Source: an uncultured candidatus Porisulfidus sp.
GTDB lineage: Bacteria > Pseudomonadota > Gammaproteobacteria > Poriferisulfidales > Oxydemutatoraceae
Reading direction: 5' to 3'
Length of the DNA stretch: 64,000 nt
Assembly (NCBI GenBank): GCA_963693105.1
Contig: OY843752.1
Span: 23,315 to 87,314, forward strand
The stretch's first letter is position 1, and every line of letters starts with the position of its first letter. Below, in pieces: positions 9,714 through 19,103 of the stretch. The translations under genes and the position numbers were made by a program. The notes under the pieces are model-generated. The model was not told the origin of the DNA, did not search any database, and saw only the letters and a program-made list of their open reading frames with translations.

Positions 9714-10151
9714 ATGGACCAAGCGCAAGACAACGGCCAAAGCAACGGCGTCACCAAGAAGTTCATGTATATGAACCGCAAGGCGCCCTACGGCACCGTG
9801 TATGCGCTCGAATCGCTGGAGGTCGTGCTGATTGCGGCGGCCTTCGAGCAGGACGTCAGCGTGGTCTTCGCCGACGACGGCGTCTATCAGTTGATGAAGG
9901 GGCAGGACACCGAAGGCGTCGGCATGAAGAATTTCTCGCCGACCTACGCCGCGCTCGGCGACTACGACATCAACAAAATCTACATCGATCAGGAATCGCT
10001 GGAGGAAAGAGGATTGTCGCTTGACGACCTGCAACCGCTGACCTGGGAAGACGAGAACGACGACTGGCAGGAGAAAAGCTCGCTGCATCTGGTCAGCCGC
10101 GAGCAGCTGGCGGCGTTGATCGCCGAACAGGACGTGGTCCTGAGCTTTTGA
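9714..10151 (+). CDS. dsrF: DsrF
   Basis: 'KKFMYMNRKAPYGTVYALESLEVVL' DsrF/TusC-like. ATG lies just after the dsrE stop; the true start could be an internal Met a few codons downstream. Confidence 0.8.
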   Translation: MDQAQDNGQSNGVTKKFMYMNRKAPYGTVYALESLEVVLIAAAFEQDVSVVFADDGVYQLMKGQDTEGVGMKNFSPTYAALGDYDINKIYIDQESLEERGLSLDDLQPLTWEDENDDWQEKSSLHLVSREQLAALIAEQDVVLSF

Positions 10152-10170
10152 CGGGCGGCGACGAAGAGCC

Positions 10171-10476
10171 ATGCTGCACATCGTCAACAAGTCGCCGTTT
10201 GAGCGCAACACGCTGACCTCCTGCCTGCGCCTGGCCGCCGACGACAGCACGGTGCTGCTGATCGAGGACGGCGTCATCGCAGCGGCGAAGGACACGCGCT
10301 TCGGCGAAATGATTGCAGACGGCATGAAAAGAAACCTGAAATTTTTTGTGCTTCTGCACGATATCCGGGCGCGCGGGCTGGCGCAGGAACGGCTTGTGCC
10401 CGGCATAGAACCGGTGGATTACGGCGGTTTTGTGGACTTGGTCACAAGCCACGATAATGTACAATCATGGCTGTAA
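10171..10476 (+). CDS. dsrH: DsrH
   Basis: 'MLHIVNKSPFERNTLTSCL...' DsrH/TusB-like. Conserved order. Confidence 0.8.
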   Translation: MLHIVNKSPFERNTLTSCLRLAADDSTVLLIEDGVIAAAKDTRFGEMIADGMKRNLKFFVLLHDIRARGLAQERLVPGIEPVDYGGFVDLVTSHDNVQSWL

Positions 10477-10511
10477 CGCCCTGAACAAGGGGACAACGAG
10501 GAGGAAGAGCA

Positions 10512-10844
10512 ATGCCTTTGGAATTAGACGGAAAAACTTATGAAACCGACGAGGAGGGCTACCTCGCCAATCTGAGCGACTGGAAGCCCGAATTGGCGAC
10601 GGCGATGGCCACCGCCGACGGCGCCGAGCTGGACGACAATCACTGGGAAGTCATCAACTTTCTGCGTGAATATTACGAGGAATACCAGATCGCCCCGGCG
10701 GTGCGGGTGCTGACCAAAGCCATCGGCAAGAAACTCGGCAAGGACAAGGGGAACAGCAAGTACCTGTACGAACTGTTTCCCTATGGGCCGGCCAAACAGG
10801 CCTGCAAATACGCCGGATTGCCGAAACCGACCGGCTGCGTCTGA
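10512..10844 (+). CDS. dsrC: DsrC (sulfur-trafficking/TusE-like protein with C-terminal CxnC)
   Basis: Ends '...ACKYAGLPKPTGCV' with the two conserved C-terminal cysteines. Confidence 0.9.
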   Translation: MPLELDGKTYETDEEGYLANLSDWKPELATAMATADGAELDDNHWEVINFLREYYEEYQIAPAVRVLTKAIGKKLGKDKGNSKYLYELFPYGPAKQACKYAGLPKPTGCV

Positions 10845-10868
10845 GCCGACCGCAATGCGGAAACGGAA

Positions 10869-10888
10869 GCCGGCGCGCAACCGCCGGC
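10869..10888 (+). terminator. GC-rich hairpin (7-bp stem gccggcg/cgccggc) immediately after dsrC; possible attenuator or partial terminator
   Basis: Perfect inverted repeat 'gccggcgCGCAACcgccggc' 25 nt after the dsrC stop, with no U-tract. Confidence 0.3.
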
Positions 10889-10907
10889 AACCGGGACTGA
10901 TTCAATC

Positions 10908-11645
10908 ATGTCGCTGTTGACGCTGTTCTACGCGGTGCTTTTCTACCTGGCGACGGCCGTGCTGGTCGGCGGCCTGGCCTGGCACATCTGGCTGTATCAG
11001 CGCGTGCCGGCGCCGCTCAAGATTCCGACCACGCCGGCGCCGACAACCCGCGGCGGCGTCGTCTGGCGCCTGTTCAAAGAAGTGGTGTTTTTCGAGAGCC
11101 TGTTCAAGTCCAACAAATGGACCTGGCTGTTCGGATGGCTGTTCCACTTCGGCCTGCTGCTGGTCGTGCTGCGCCACCTGCGCTACTTCACGCAGCCGGT
11201 GTGGACGTGGGTCGAGTGGCTGCAACCCTTCGGCAAGTACGCGTCGCTGATGATGATTGCCGGACTCGCCGGCCTGTGGCTGCGGCGCATCGTCGTGGAC
11301 CGGGTGCGCTACATTTCATCGCCGTCGGATCACGCGATGCTGCTGCTGCTGCTGGCCATCGGCGTCACCGGCGTGCTGATGACTTTCGTCTGGCCCGTTG
11401 ACATCGTCTCGATGAAGGAGTTTTTTCTGGGGCTGATGCGGTTCGACTGGCAGCCGCTGCCGCCCGACCCGATGATGGCCGTCCATCTGGCATTGGTGGC
11501 GGCGCTGATGATTGTTTTCCCGTTCAGCAAGTTGCTGCACGTCCCCGGCGTCTTTTTCAGCCCGACGCGCAACCAGGCCGACAATCCGCGCCGCAAGAGG
11601 CACATCGCGCCGTGGGCGGCCAAACTGGAGCGCTCCGGTGGCTGA
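10908..11645 (+). CDS. dsrM: DsrM (membrane di-heme b, NarI-like subunit of the DsrMKJOP complex)
   Basis: Five hydrophobic helices with conserved His. Position before dsrK. Confidence 0.85.
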   Translation: MSLLTLFYAVLFYLATAVLVGGLAWHIWLYQRVPAPLKIPTTPAPTTRGGVVWRLFKEVVFFESLFKSNKWTWLFGWLFHFGLLLVVLRHLRYFTQPVWTWVEWLQPFGKYASLMMIAGLAGLWLRRIVVDRVRYISSPSDHAMLLLLLAIGVTGVLMTFVWPVDIVSMKEFFLGLMRFDWQPLPPDPMMAVHLALVAALMIVFPFSKLLHVPGVFFSPTRNQADNPRRKRHIAPWAAKLERSGG

Positions 11646-13179
11646 GACGGCGTTCGATATCCCGGCTTTCAGGGAATACCGCGTCATCCCGAAACTGCGG
11701 GAAGGCGCGATGGCGCACAGCCAGCCGTTTGTCGCCAAACCCGGTTTCCAGGAGTCGCTCGGCTTCCCCGGCGAACTGGTGGACGACTGGGAACAAAAAG
11801 CCGTCGAGAAAATGGGCGAGTTGAACAAAAAATACCGCTCGCTTCAGGTGTTCCTCGACTCGTGCGTCCAGTGCGGCGCGTGCACCGACAAATGCCATTA
11901 CTACCTCGGCACGACCGACCCCAACAACATGCCGGTGGCGCGCCAGAATCTGTACAGAAAGGTGTACCGGCGCTACTACACTTTCGCCGGCAAATACTTT
12001 CCGTGGCTGGTGGGCGCCACGGACATGACCAAAGACGTGCTCGACCAGTGGTACAGTTATTTTCACCAGTGCTCGCAGTGTCGCAGGTGCTCGGTGTACT
12101 GCCCTTACGGCATCGACACCGCCGAGATTTCGATGGCGGCGCGCGAAGTCATGGACCACATCGGCAAGGGCCAGAAGTACTGCAACGAGATCATCGGCAA
12201 GGTACACACCATCGGCAACAACCTCGGCCTGCCGGAACCGGCGCTGCGCGACACCCTCGACGGGCTGGAGGAAGAAGTTCTGGAGGACACCGGCGTCAAG
12301 GTGCGCTTCCCGCTCGACGAGAAAGGCGCCGATGTGCTGCTGGTGACGCCGTCGGCGGACTTTTTCGCCGAGCCGCACGTGGACGGGCTGATCGGTTACG
12401 GCAAGGTGCTGCACCGGGCCGGCATCTCGTGGACTTTCAGTTCGCACGCGAGCGAGGCCGCCAACTTCGGCATGTTCATAGGCAATTACGAGAACATGCG
12501 CAAAATGGCGCTGCGCATACGCGAGGCGGCGCTCGAACTCGGCGTCCGCCGCATCGTCTTCGGCGAGTGCGGGCACGCCTGGCGCGTCGCCTACAGTTTT
12601 CTCAACACGCTGGCCGGGCCGTTTGATTTTCTGGACCCCGCCTACCCGGTGCCGCAACACATCTGCGAAGTGACCCACGGCCTGATACGGGAGGGGCGGC
12701 TGCAACTCGACCCGTCGCAAAACGACGACAAGGTCATCACCTTCCACGATTCGTGCAACATCGCGCGCGCCTCGCGCATGGGCAGCGTGCCGGGCGGGCA
12801 ATTCACCATCCCGCGCGAGATTCTGAAGGCGTGCTGCAATCATTTTCACGACATGCCGGCGGAGACGGTGCGGGAGGGAACCTATTGCTGCGGCGGCGGC
12901 GGCGGCCTGCTGACCGACGACCTGATTGAGTTGCGCGTCAAGGGCGCGCTGCCGAGAATGGAGGCGCTGAAGGAAGTCGTCGAGGACTACGGCGTGACCC
13001 ACATGGTCGCGATTTGCGCGATTTGCAAGAGCCAGTTTTCCAAGGTGCTGCCCTATTACGGGTTCACGATGGACCAGGTCATCAGCCTGCACGAACTGGT
13101 CGGCAACGCACTGATGCCGGGAGGCGAAACCAGTGACGAAACCGACGAAGAAGAAATCCCCCGAGAGCAGGCGGCGTGA
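11638..13179 (+). CDS. dsrK: DsrK (HdrD-like catalytic FeS subunit)
   Basis: CCG-domain and ferredoxin Cys motifs ('CVQCGACTDKC', 'CSQCRRCSVYCP', 'CCGGGGG'). Start chosen at the GTG overlapping the dsrM stop; an alternative ATG lies about 24 codons downstream. The listed ORF (from 11512) over-extends. Confidence 0.8.
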   Translation: MAETAFDIPAFREYRVIPKLREGAMAHSQPFVAKPGFQESLGFPGELVDDWEQKAVEKMGELNKKYRSLQVFLDSCVQCGACTDKCHYYLGTTDPNNMPVARQNLYRKVYRRYYTFAGKYFPWLVGATDMTKDVLDQWYSYFHQCSQCRRCSVYCPYGIDTAEISMAAREVMDHIGKGQKYCNEIIGKVHTIGNNLGLPEPALRDTLDGLEEEVLEDTGVKVRFPLDEKGADVLLVTPSADFFAEPHVDGLIGYGKVLHRAGISWTFSSHASEAANFGMFIGNYENMRKMALRIREAALELGVRRIVFGECGHAWRVAYSFLNTLAGPFDFLDPAYPVPQHICEVTHGLIREGRLQLDPSQNDDKVITFHDSCNIARASRMGSVPGGQFTIPREILKACCNHFHDMPAETVREGTYCCGGGGGLLTDDLIELRVKGALPRMEALKEVVEDYGVTHMVAICAICKSQFSKVLPYYGFTMDQVISLHELVGNALMPGGETSDETDEEEIPREQAA

Positions 13180-13229
13180 CAGCGCCGTCTTGAAAAACCG
13201 ACAAGCGGAAAACCGACAGGAGTAAACCA

Positions 13230-15203
13230 ATGCCAGTTGCAAAAGAAAACACGGGCGCGCAGGATGCGCCCGAACAGAAGCTGACTTTCCGGCGATACAA
13301 GGACGGCGACCACAAGTGGTCGGACTTTTCCAGCCAGATTTTCAACGCCGACCATTCGCACAAGTGCCCGACCTACGTCCACCGGACGCCGCCGTGCCAG
13401 GGCAGCTGCCCTTCCGGCGAGGACATCCGCGGCTGGCTGTCCATCGTGCGCGGCCTTGAATTGCCGCCCGAGGGCCTGTCCATGCAGGAATATGCGTTTC
13501 AGCGCTCGACCGACGCCAACCCGTTCCCGTCCATGATGGGGCGGGTCTGCCCCGCGCCCTGCCAGGACGGCTGCAACCGCAATCATGTCGAGGACTACGT
13601 CGGCATCAACGCGGTCGAGCAATACATCGGCGACACCGCCATTGAGCAGGATTTCAAATTCGCCGACCTGCCGGAACTGGGCGACAAGAAAGTGGCGATT
13701 ATCGGCGGCGGCCCCGCCGGCCTGTCGGCGGCCTACCATCTGCGCCGCAAGGGGCACGCCAGCGTGATCTTCGACGAGCACGAGGAACTGGGCGGCATGA
13801 TGCGCTACGGCATTCCCGGCTACCGCACGCCGCGGGACATGCTCGACCATGAAATCCGGCGCATCCTCGACATGGGCGGCGTCGAGACCCGCCTGTCGGT
13901 GCGCGTCGGCAAGGATGTCACGGCCGAGGAACTGGATCGTGAATTCGACGCCGTCATCTGGTGCCTGGGGTGCCAGACCGGACGCGGCCTGCCGGTGCCG
14001 AACGGCAATGTCTCGAACTGCGTCAGCGGCGTCAAGTTTCTCGAAGTGTTCAACAAAGGGCTTTTGCAGGTGGCCTCCGACAAGATCGTGTGCGTCGGCG
14101 GCGGCGACACCTCGATTGACGTCGTGTCGGTGGCAAGGCGTCTCGGCCAGGTTCGCAAACTGTCCGAGAAGGAACATCCGGAATACGTCATCGGCGGTTA
14201 CGTCGCGCACGACGCCGCCTTCGCCGCGGCGCGCGAAGGCGCGACCGTGGTGCTGACATCGCTGTTTGACCGCGGCGAAATGACGGCCAGCGAACACGAG
14301 GTGGACGACGCCCTCAAGGAAGGCGTCCAGATCATCAACGGCGTGATGCCGGTCGAGGTCGTACTGGGGGACGACGGCCGCGCGCGCGCGCTGAAAATGG
14401 CGAAGTGCGAAATGGTGGAGAATATCCCGAAGCCGGTCGAGGGCACCGAGTTTGAGATCGAGTGCGATCTGGTCGTATCGGCCATCGGCCAGGGCGGCGA
14501 TCTCGCCGGGCTGGAAGAGTTCGACAATGGCCGCGGCCTGATGGACGTGGATTCGCTCTACGGGCTCCCCGACCGTCCCGGACATTTCGCCGCCGGCGAC
14601 ATCATCCGCCCCCATCTGCTGACCACGGCCATCGGCCAGGCCTCGGTCGCCGCCGACAGCGTGGACTACCATCTGCGGCAGGCCGAACTGGGCAAGCGCC
14701 CGAAAGTGGATGTGCACCATTTCAATCTGCTCAGCAAGCTGCGCGAGACCGGCCTTGAACCGGGGGAATTCGACGGCGACGACGGCGCGCGCGGCACCTG
14801 CGACGCGGACTTCTCGGTGCACAACTACGAAGACCGCGGCAACCAGGAGGTCATCCCGGTGGAGCGGCTGTTTCTCGGACACTTCTCTTATGTCGAAAGA
14901 CAGGTGCGCGCCGGGCGCGGGCCGTCGGCGGAGGAAGTGCTGGGGCACTTCGAGGAGCGCACCATCTGCCTCGACGAAGAACAGGCGGCCAGCGAAGCCG
15001 GGCGCTGCATGAGCTGCGGCATGTGCTTCGAGTGCGACAACTGCGTCGTATTCTGCCCGCAGGACGCGGTTTTCCGGGTGGACAAGTCAAAGAAAACGAC
15101 CGGCCGTTACGTTGACACCGACTACGACCGCTGCATCGGCTGCCATATCTGCGCGGATGTCTGCCCGACGGGCTACATTGACATGGCGCTGGGAGACCAT
15201 TGA
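13230..15203 (+). CDS. dsrL: DsrL (NAD(P)H:acceptor oxidoreductase, GltD-like FeS flavoprotein)
   Basis: FAD/NAD Rossmann motifs ('IIGGGPAGLSAA'), N-terminal FeS Cys cluster, C-terminal ferredoxin domain ('CMSCGMCFECDNC'). Confidence 0.85.
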   Translation: MPVAKENTGAQDAPEQKLTFRRYKDGDHKWSDFSSQIFNADHSHKCPTYVHRTPPCQGSCPSGEDIRGWLSIVRGLELPPEGLSMQEYAFQRSTDANPFPSMMGRVCPAPCQDGCNRNHVEDYVGINAVEQYIGDTAIEQDFKFADLPELGDKKVAIIGGGPAGLSAAYHLRRKGHASVIFDEHEELGGMMRYGIPGYRTPRDMLDHEIRRILDMGGVETRLSVRVGKDVTAEELDREFDAVIWCLGCQTGRGLPVPNGNVSNCVSGVKFLEVFNKGLLQVASDKIVCVGGGDTSIDVVSVARRLGQVRKLSEKEHPEYVIGGYVAHDAAFAAAREGATVVLTSLFDRGEMTASEHEVDDALKEGVQIINGVMPVEVVLGDDGRARALKMAKCEMVENIPKPVEGTEFEIECDLVVSAIGQGGDLAGLEEFDNGRGLMDVDSLYGLPDRPGHFAAGDIIRPHLLTTAIGQASVAADSVDYHLRQAELGKRPKVDVHHFNLLSKLRETGLEPGEFDGDDGARGTCDADFSVHNYEDRGNQEVIPVERLFLGHFSYVERQVRAGRGPSAEEVLGHFEERTICLDEEQAASEAGRCMSCGMCFECDNCVVFCPQDAVFRVDKSKKTTGRYVDTDYDRCIGCHICADVCPTGYIDMALGDH

Positions 15204-15661
15204 CGGCCCCAACCCATTGCAGCGCCCTGCTCGCGGCCATGGTGGCCATGGCCATGACGACGGCGGTTTCCACCGCCGACGACCACCGGATGCCCGATTT
15301 GCCCGCGGCCAAAGGCGAGCGTTGCGTCGAGCCGACCGAAGTCATGCGCCGGCGCCATGCGGAATTCATCCTGCACCAGCGCGACGAAACGGTTCACCGC
15401 GGAATCCGCACGCAAAAACACCGCTTTGTGAACTGCATTGATTGCCACGTGCAGCGCAACGCCGCCGGCGTCTGGCCCCGGCACACCGACGACGACCACT
15501 TCTGCTCGGTCTGCCACCTTTATACGAGCGTTGCCATTGACTGCTTCCAGTGCCACGCCGACCGACCGCACGAAGCCTACCCCGGCGGCGGCAAGTCCGC
15601 GCACCGAAGCGACCGCAGCCGTCTGGGCATGAGCGACCTGCACCTGGAGCGGCTGCGCTGA
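15200..15661 (+). CDS. dsrJ: DsrJ (periplasmic triheme cytochrome c)
   Basis: Three CxxCH motifs (CIDCH, CSVCH, CFQCH). ATGA overlap with dsrL. Confidence 0.85.
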   Translation: MTAPTHCSALLAAMVAMAMTTAVSTADDHRMPDLPAAKGERCVEPTEVMRRRHAEFILHQRDETVHRGIRTQKHRFVNCIDCHVQRNAAGVWPRHTDDDHFCSVCHLYTSVAIDCFQCHADRPHEAYPGGGKSAHRSDRSRLGMSDLHLERLR

Positions 15662-15662
15662 C

Positions 15663-16412
15663 ATGCAAAATCCGCCACAAGATAAAAAGCGCCGGCAATT
15701 TCTGCAAGCGGGCGCGCTGGCCGCGGGGCTGACCGTCGCATCCGGCGTTTTGCTCTACAGCGTGGGACGCGCCGGCGCACGCGCCGCCGACCAGCCGGTG
15801 TCGGACCGGGTTCGCTGGGGCATGCTGGTGGACGTCAACGCCTGCGCCGACGGCTGCACCGCCTGCGTCGAGGCGTGCGACGAAGAACACGGCCTGACCG
15901 GGTTCGGCCGCCCCGAGACCGACGCCCAGTGGATACGCAAACTGACCGTGCGCGACCGCGTCGGCGGCCACACCAAATCGTTTCCGGTCCTGTGCCAGCA
16001 TTGCGAAAATCCGCCGTGCGTGGACGTTTGTCCGACGGGCGCCTCGTTCAAGCGCGCCGACGGCATCGTGCTGGTGGACAAACACACCTGCATCGGCTGC
16101 CGCTACTGCATGATGGCGTGCCCCTACAAGGCGCGTTCGTTCATCCACGAGGCGCTGAGCGAGCAGCTGCCGCACGCGCCCAGGGGCAAGGGCACGGTCG
16201 AGAGCTGCACGTTTTGCGTACACAAGGTGGACCGCGGCGACGGCGCCACCGCCTGCGCCGAGGCATGCGAGCGCGAAGGACACCGCGCGCTGATTTTCGG
16301 CGACCTGAACGACCCCGACAGCGAGATTTCCAGGCGCCTCGCCCGCCACGGCGGCACGCAGATTCGCGCCGACCTCGGACTCAACACCGGCGTTCGCTAC
16401 CAGGGATTGTGA
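15663..16412 (+). CDS. dsrO: DsrO (Tat-exported 4Fe-4S ferredoxin-like subunit)
   Basis: Twin-arginine signal 'RRQFLQAGALAAG'. Multiple CxxCxxCxxxCP motifs. Confidence 0.85.
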   Translation: MQNPPQDKKRRQFLQAGALAAGLTVASGVLLYSVGRAGARAADQPVSDRVRWGMLVDVNACADGCTACVEACDEEHGLTGFGRPETDAQWIRKLTVRDRVGGHTKSFPVLCQHCENPPCVDVCPTGASFKRADGIVLVDKHTCIGCRYCMMACPYKARSFIHEALSEQLPHAPRGKGTVESCTFCVHKVDRGDGATACAEACEREGHRALIFGDLNDPDSEISRRLARHGGTQIRADLGLNTGVRYQGL

Positions 16413-16414
16413 GC

Positions 16415-17638
16415 ATGCAGCCCGTTCGCTACCGCGCCCTGGACGCCGACAGCGCCGGCTTCTTCGGCCTTCTGTTCGGCTTCGCGTTGTTCGCACTCGC
16501 CGGTGTCGGCGCCGCCTGGTACATGGAGCACCAGGGACACCACGTGACCGGCATGAGCAACCAGGTGGTCTGGGGCGTGCCGCACGTGTTCGCGATTTTC
16601 CTGATTGTCGCGGCTTCCGGCGCGCTCAACGTCGCCTCCATCGCGTCGGTGTTCGGCAAACTCGACTACAAGCCGCTGGCGCGGCTGTCCGCCATCCTCG
16701 CCATCGCGCTGCTGGTCGGCGGACTGGCCATTCTGGTGCTCGATCTGGGGCGCCCCGACCGCCTGATCGTCGCCATGACCTACTACAATTTCAAATCCAT
16801 CTTCGCGTGGAATATTTTTCTCTATGTCGGCTTCCTGTTCATCGTCGCGGCTTATCTGTGGATGATGTTTGAACGCCGGATGGCGCCGTACGCCGACACC
16901 GTCGGCCTCGCCGCTTTCCTGTGGCGCCTCGTGCTGACGACCGGAACCGGCTCCATCTTCGGCTTTCTGGTGGCGCGCCAGGCGTACGACGCCGCGCTGA
17001 TGGCGCCGATGTTCGTCATCATGTCGTTCTCCTACGGTCTCGCCGTGTTCATCCTCGTGCTGATGGCCGCCAGCAATCTCGCGCGGCGGCCTCTCGGCGA
17101 TGTCATTTTGCTGCGGCTGAAAAACCTGCTCGGCGTGTTCGTCGCCGCGGTGCTGTATTTCGTGATCGCCTTCAATCTGACCAACCTCTACGCGGCTGAA
17201 CACCACGGCATAGAGGATTTCATCTTGAGAAGCGGCGGCATTTACCCCTTCCTGTTCTGGGCGGTGCAGGTCGGCGCCGGCAGCCTGCTGCCGCTGCTGC
17301 TGTTTTACGCGCCGCCGTTGTCGCGTTCGCGCGCGGCAGCGGCGAGCGGCTGCGTGCTGGTCGTCATCGGCGCTTTCGCGCAACTCTATGTCATCATCAT
17401 CGGCGGGCAGGCTTATCCGCTGGTGATGTTTCCGGGCATGGAGGAGAGCAGCAGTTTCTTCGACGGCGTCATCGCCGAATACACCCCGAGCCTGCCGGAA
17501 CTGGCGCTGGGAGTGGGCGGCGTCGCGCTGTCGCTGGCCTTGCTGGTGTTCGCCCTCGCCGTCCTCGATTTTCTGCCCGAAGACCTGTCCGACCGCCGCT
17601 TTTCCGCCCAGTCCGCCGCCGCACCGGCGGCGGACTGA
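16415..17638 (+). CDS. dsrP: DsrP (NrfD/PsrC-like integral membrane quinone-interacting subunit)
   Basis: ATG 2 nt after the dsrO stop. About 10 TM helices. The listed ORF (from 15875) over-extends in the same frame. Confidence 0.85.
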   Translation: MQPVRYRALDADSAGFFGLLFGFALFALAGVGAAWYMEHQGHHVTGMSNQVVWGVPHVFAIFLIVAASGALNVASIASVFGKLDYKPLARLSAILAIALLVGGLAILVLDLGRPDRLIVAMTYYNFKSIFAWNIFLYVGFLFIVAAYLWMMFERRMAPYADTVGLAAFLWRLVLTTGTGSIFGFLVARQAYDAALMAPMFVIMSFSYGLAVFILVLMAASNLARRPLGDVILLRLKNLLGVFVAAVLYFVIAFNLTNLYAAEHHGIEDFILRSGGIYPFLFWAVQVGAGSLLPLLLFYAPPLSRSRAAAASGCVLVVIGAFAQLYVIIIGGQAYPLVMFPGMEESSSFFDGVIAEYTPSLPELALGVGGVALSLALLVFALAVLDFLPEDLSDRRFSAQSAAAPAAD

Positions 17639-17657
17639 ACCCCCCTGCCCGCGCCCG

Positions 17658-19037
17658 ATGCCGCAGTTGCTTGTCAGCGCAACCCATAAATCATCCGGCA
17701 AAACCGTCATCTGCACCGGCCTGTGCGCCGGCTTGAAAGCACGCGGCGTCGAAGTCCGCGCTTTCAAGAAAGGCCCCGACTACATTGACCCGCAGTGGCT
17801 GGCGTACGCTTGCGGGCATCCCTGCTACAACCTCGATTTCAACACGCAATCACCGGGCGAAATCAGCGCCATGGCCGCCGCGCGCGCGGCGCCGCCCGAC
17901 GGTTGCAGCCTGATCGAGGCCAACAAGGGGCTTTACGACGGCGTCGCCGCCGACGGCAGCGACAGCAACGCCGCGCTCGCCAGACTGCTCGGCCTGCCCG
18001 TGGTGCTGGTCGTGGATTGCGAAGGCATGACGCGCGGCATCGCCCCGCTGCTGCAGGGCTACGCGGCTTTCGACACCCAGGTCGCACTGGCCGGCGTAAT
18101 CCTGAACAAGGTCGGCGGCGAACGCCACCGCGCCAAATTGACCGCCGCGGTCGAGAACCACACCGACTTGCCGGTGCTGGGCGCGGTCATGCGCGACCCG
18201 CGCCTGGAGCTGCCGGAAAGACACATCGGCCTGGTGCCGTCCGCCGAAATGGATGGCGCCATGCGCAAAATAGACGACATGCGCGAGGCCGTCACCGCGC
18301 AGGTGGATCTGGAGCGGCTGCTGCGGGCCGTCTCCGGACCCGGACCGGCGCCGGTCGCGGCCGGCGGCGCCGGGCACTCGCCGTCCGGCGGCGGCCAACT
18401 CAGGCTGGGCGTTTTCAAGGACCGCGCTTTTACTTTTTATTATCCCGACGACCTCGAAGACCTCGAACGCTGCGGCGCCGAACTGGTGTTCGTGGACGGC
18501 CTGCATGACACGCGCCTGCCGCCGGTGGACGGTTTGTTCATCGGCGGCGGCTTTCCCGAGACCCGGGCCACGGCGCTTGAAGCCAACGCCGAACTGCGCG
18601 GCGAAGTCGCGCGCGCGATCAACGGCGGCCTGCCGGCCTACGCAGAATGCGGCGGCCTGATGTATTTGTCGCGCAGCATCACCTGGCGGGGGCGCCGCCA
18701 TGAAATGTGCGGCGTCCTCGCCGCCGACACCGAGATGTGCGACCGCCCGCAAGGCCGCGGCTACGTCGAGTTCAGCGAAACCGCGCAAATGCCGTGGCCC
18801 GCGGTGGAAGGCGAGGCGAAGACGCGCCGCGCCCACGAGTTTCACTATTCGCGCCTGGTCAACGCCGCCCCCTTCGACACCGCCTACGCGATTTCACGCG
18901 GCGACGGCCTCGGCGACGGCAGCGACGGCATCGTCCACAAAAACCTGCTGGCGAGTTATTTGCACCGGCGCGCCACCGGCAACGGCCGCTGGACGCGGCG
19001 CTTCACCGGCTTTATCCGGCGTCAACGCGGCCTTTAA
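17658..19037 (+). CDS. dsrN: DsrN (cobyrinic acid a,c-diamide synthase homologue; siroheme amidase)
   Basis: CbiA/CobB-like ATPase N-terminus 'SGKTVICTGL' plus a glutamine amidotransferase C-terminal domain. Last gene of the dsr block. Confidence 0.8.
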   Translation: MPQLLVSATHKSSGKTVICTGLCAGLKARGVEVRAFKKGPDYIDPQWLAYACGHPCYNLDFNTQSPGEISAMAAARAAPPDGCSLIEANKGLYDGVAADGSDSNAALARLLGLPVVLVVDCEGMTRGIAPLLQGYAAFDTQVALAGVILNKVGGERHRAKLTAAVENHTDLPVLGAVMRDPRLELPERHIGLVPSAEMDGAMRKIDDMREAVTAQVDLERLLRAVSGPGPAPVAAGGAGHSPSGGGQLRLGVFKDRAFTFYYPDDLEDLERCGAELVFVDGLHDTRLPPVDGLFIGGGFPETRATALEANAELRGEVARAINGGLPAYAECGGLMYLSRSITWRGRRHEMCGVLAADTEMCDRPQGRGYVEFSETAQMPWPAVEGEAKTRRAHEFHYSRLVNAAPFDTAYAISRGDGLGDGSDGIVHKNLLASYLHRRATGNGRWTRRFTGFIRRQRGL

Positions 19038-19103
19038 CCCGCACCCCGTCCGGAAAAGACGAAGCCGGAGAACGCGGGAAAATCATTGAATTCCCCGCCA
19101 TGG

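Noticed and set aside
11557-14948. Long minus-strand ORFs (561 aa, 630 aa) across dsrK and dsrL
   Set aside because: Antisense to the conserved dsr genes. Arg/Ala-rich composition with no motifs.
15366-17767. 376-aa and 456-aa minus-strand ORFs plus the 587-aa plus-frame ORF from 15875
   Set aside because: The first two are antisense to dsrJOP. The 15875 ORF is merely the dsrP frame extended upstream through dsrO, and the true dsrP start is the ATG at 16415.
19038-19103. Possible bidirectional terminator between convergent dsrN and the GT2 gene
   Set aside because: Only a weak 4-bp 'ccgg...ccgg' stem with no U-tract. Not convincing.
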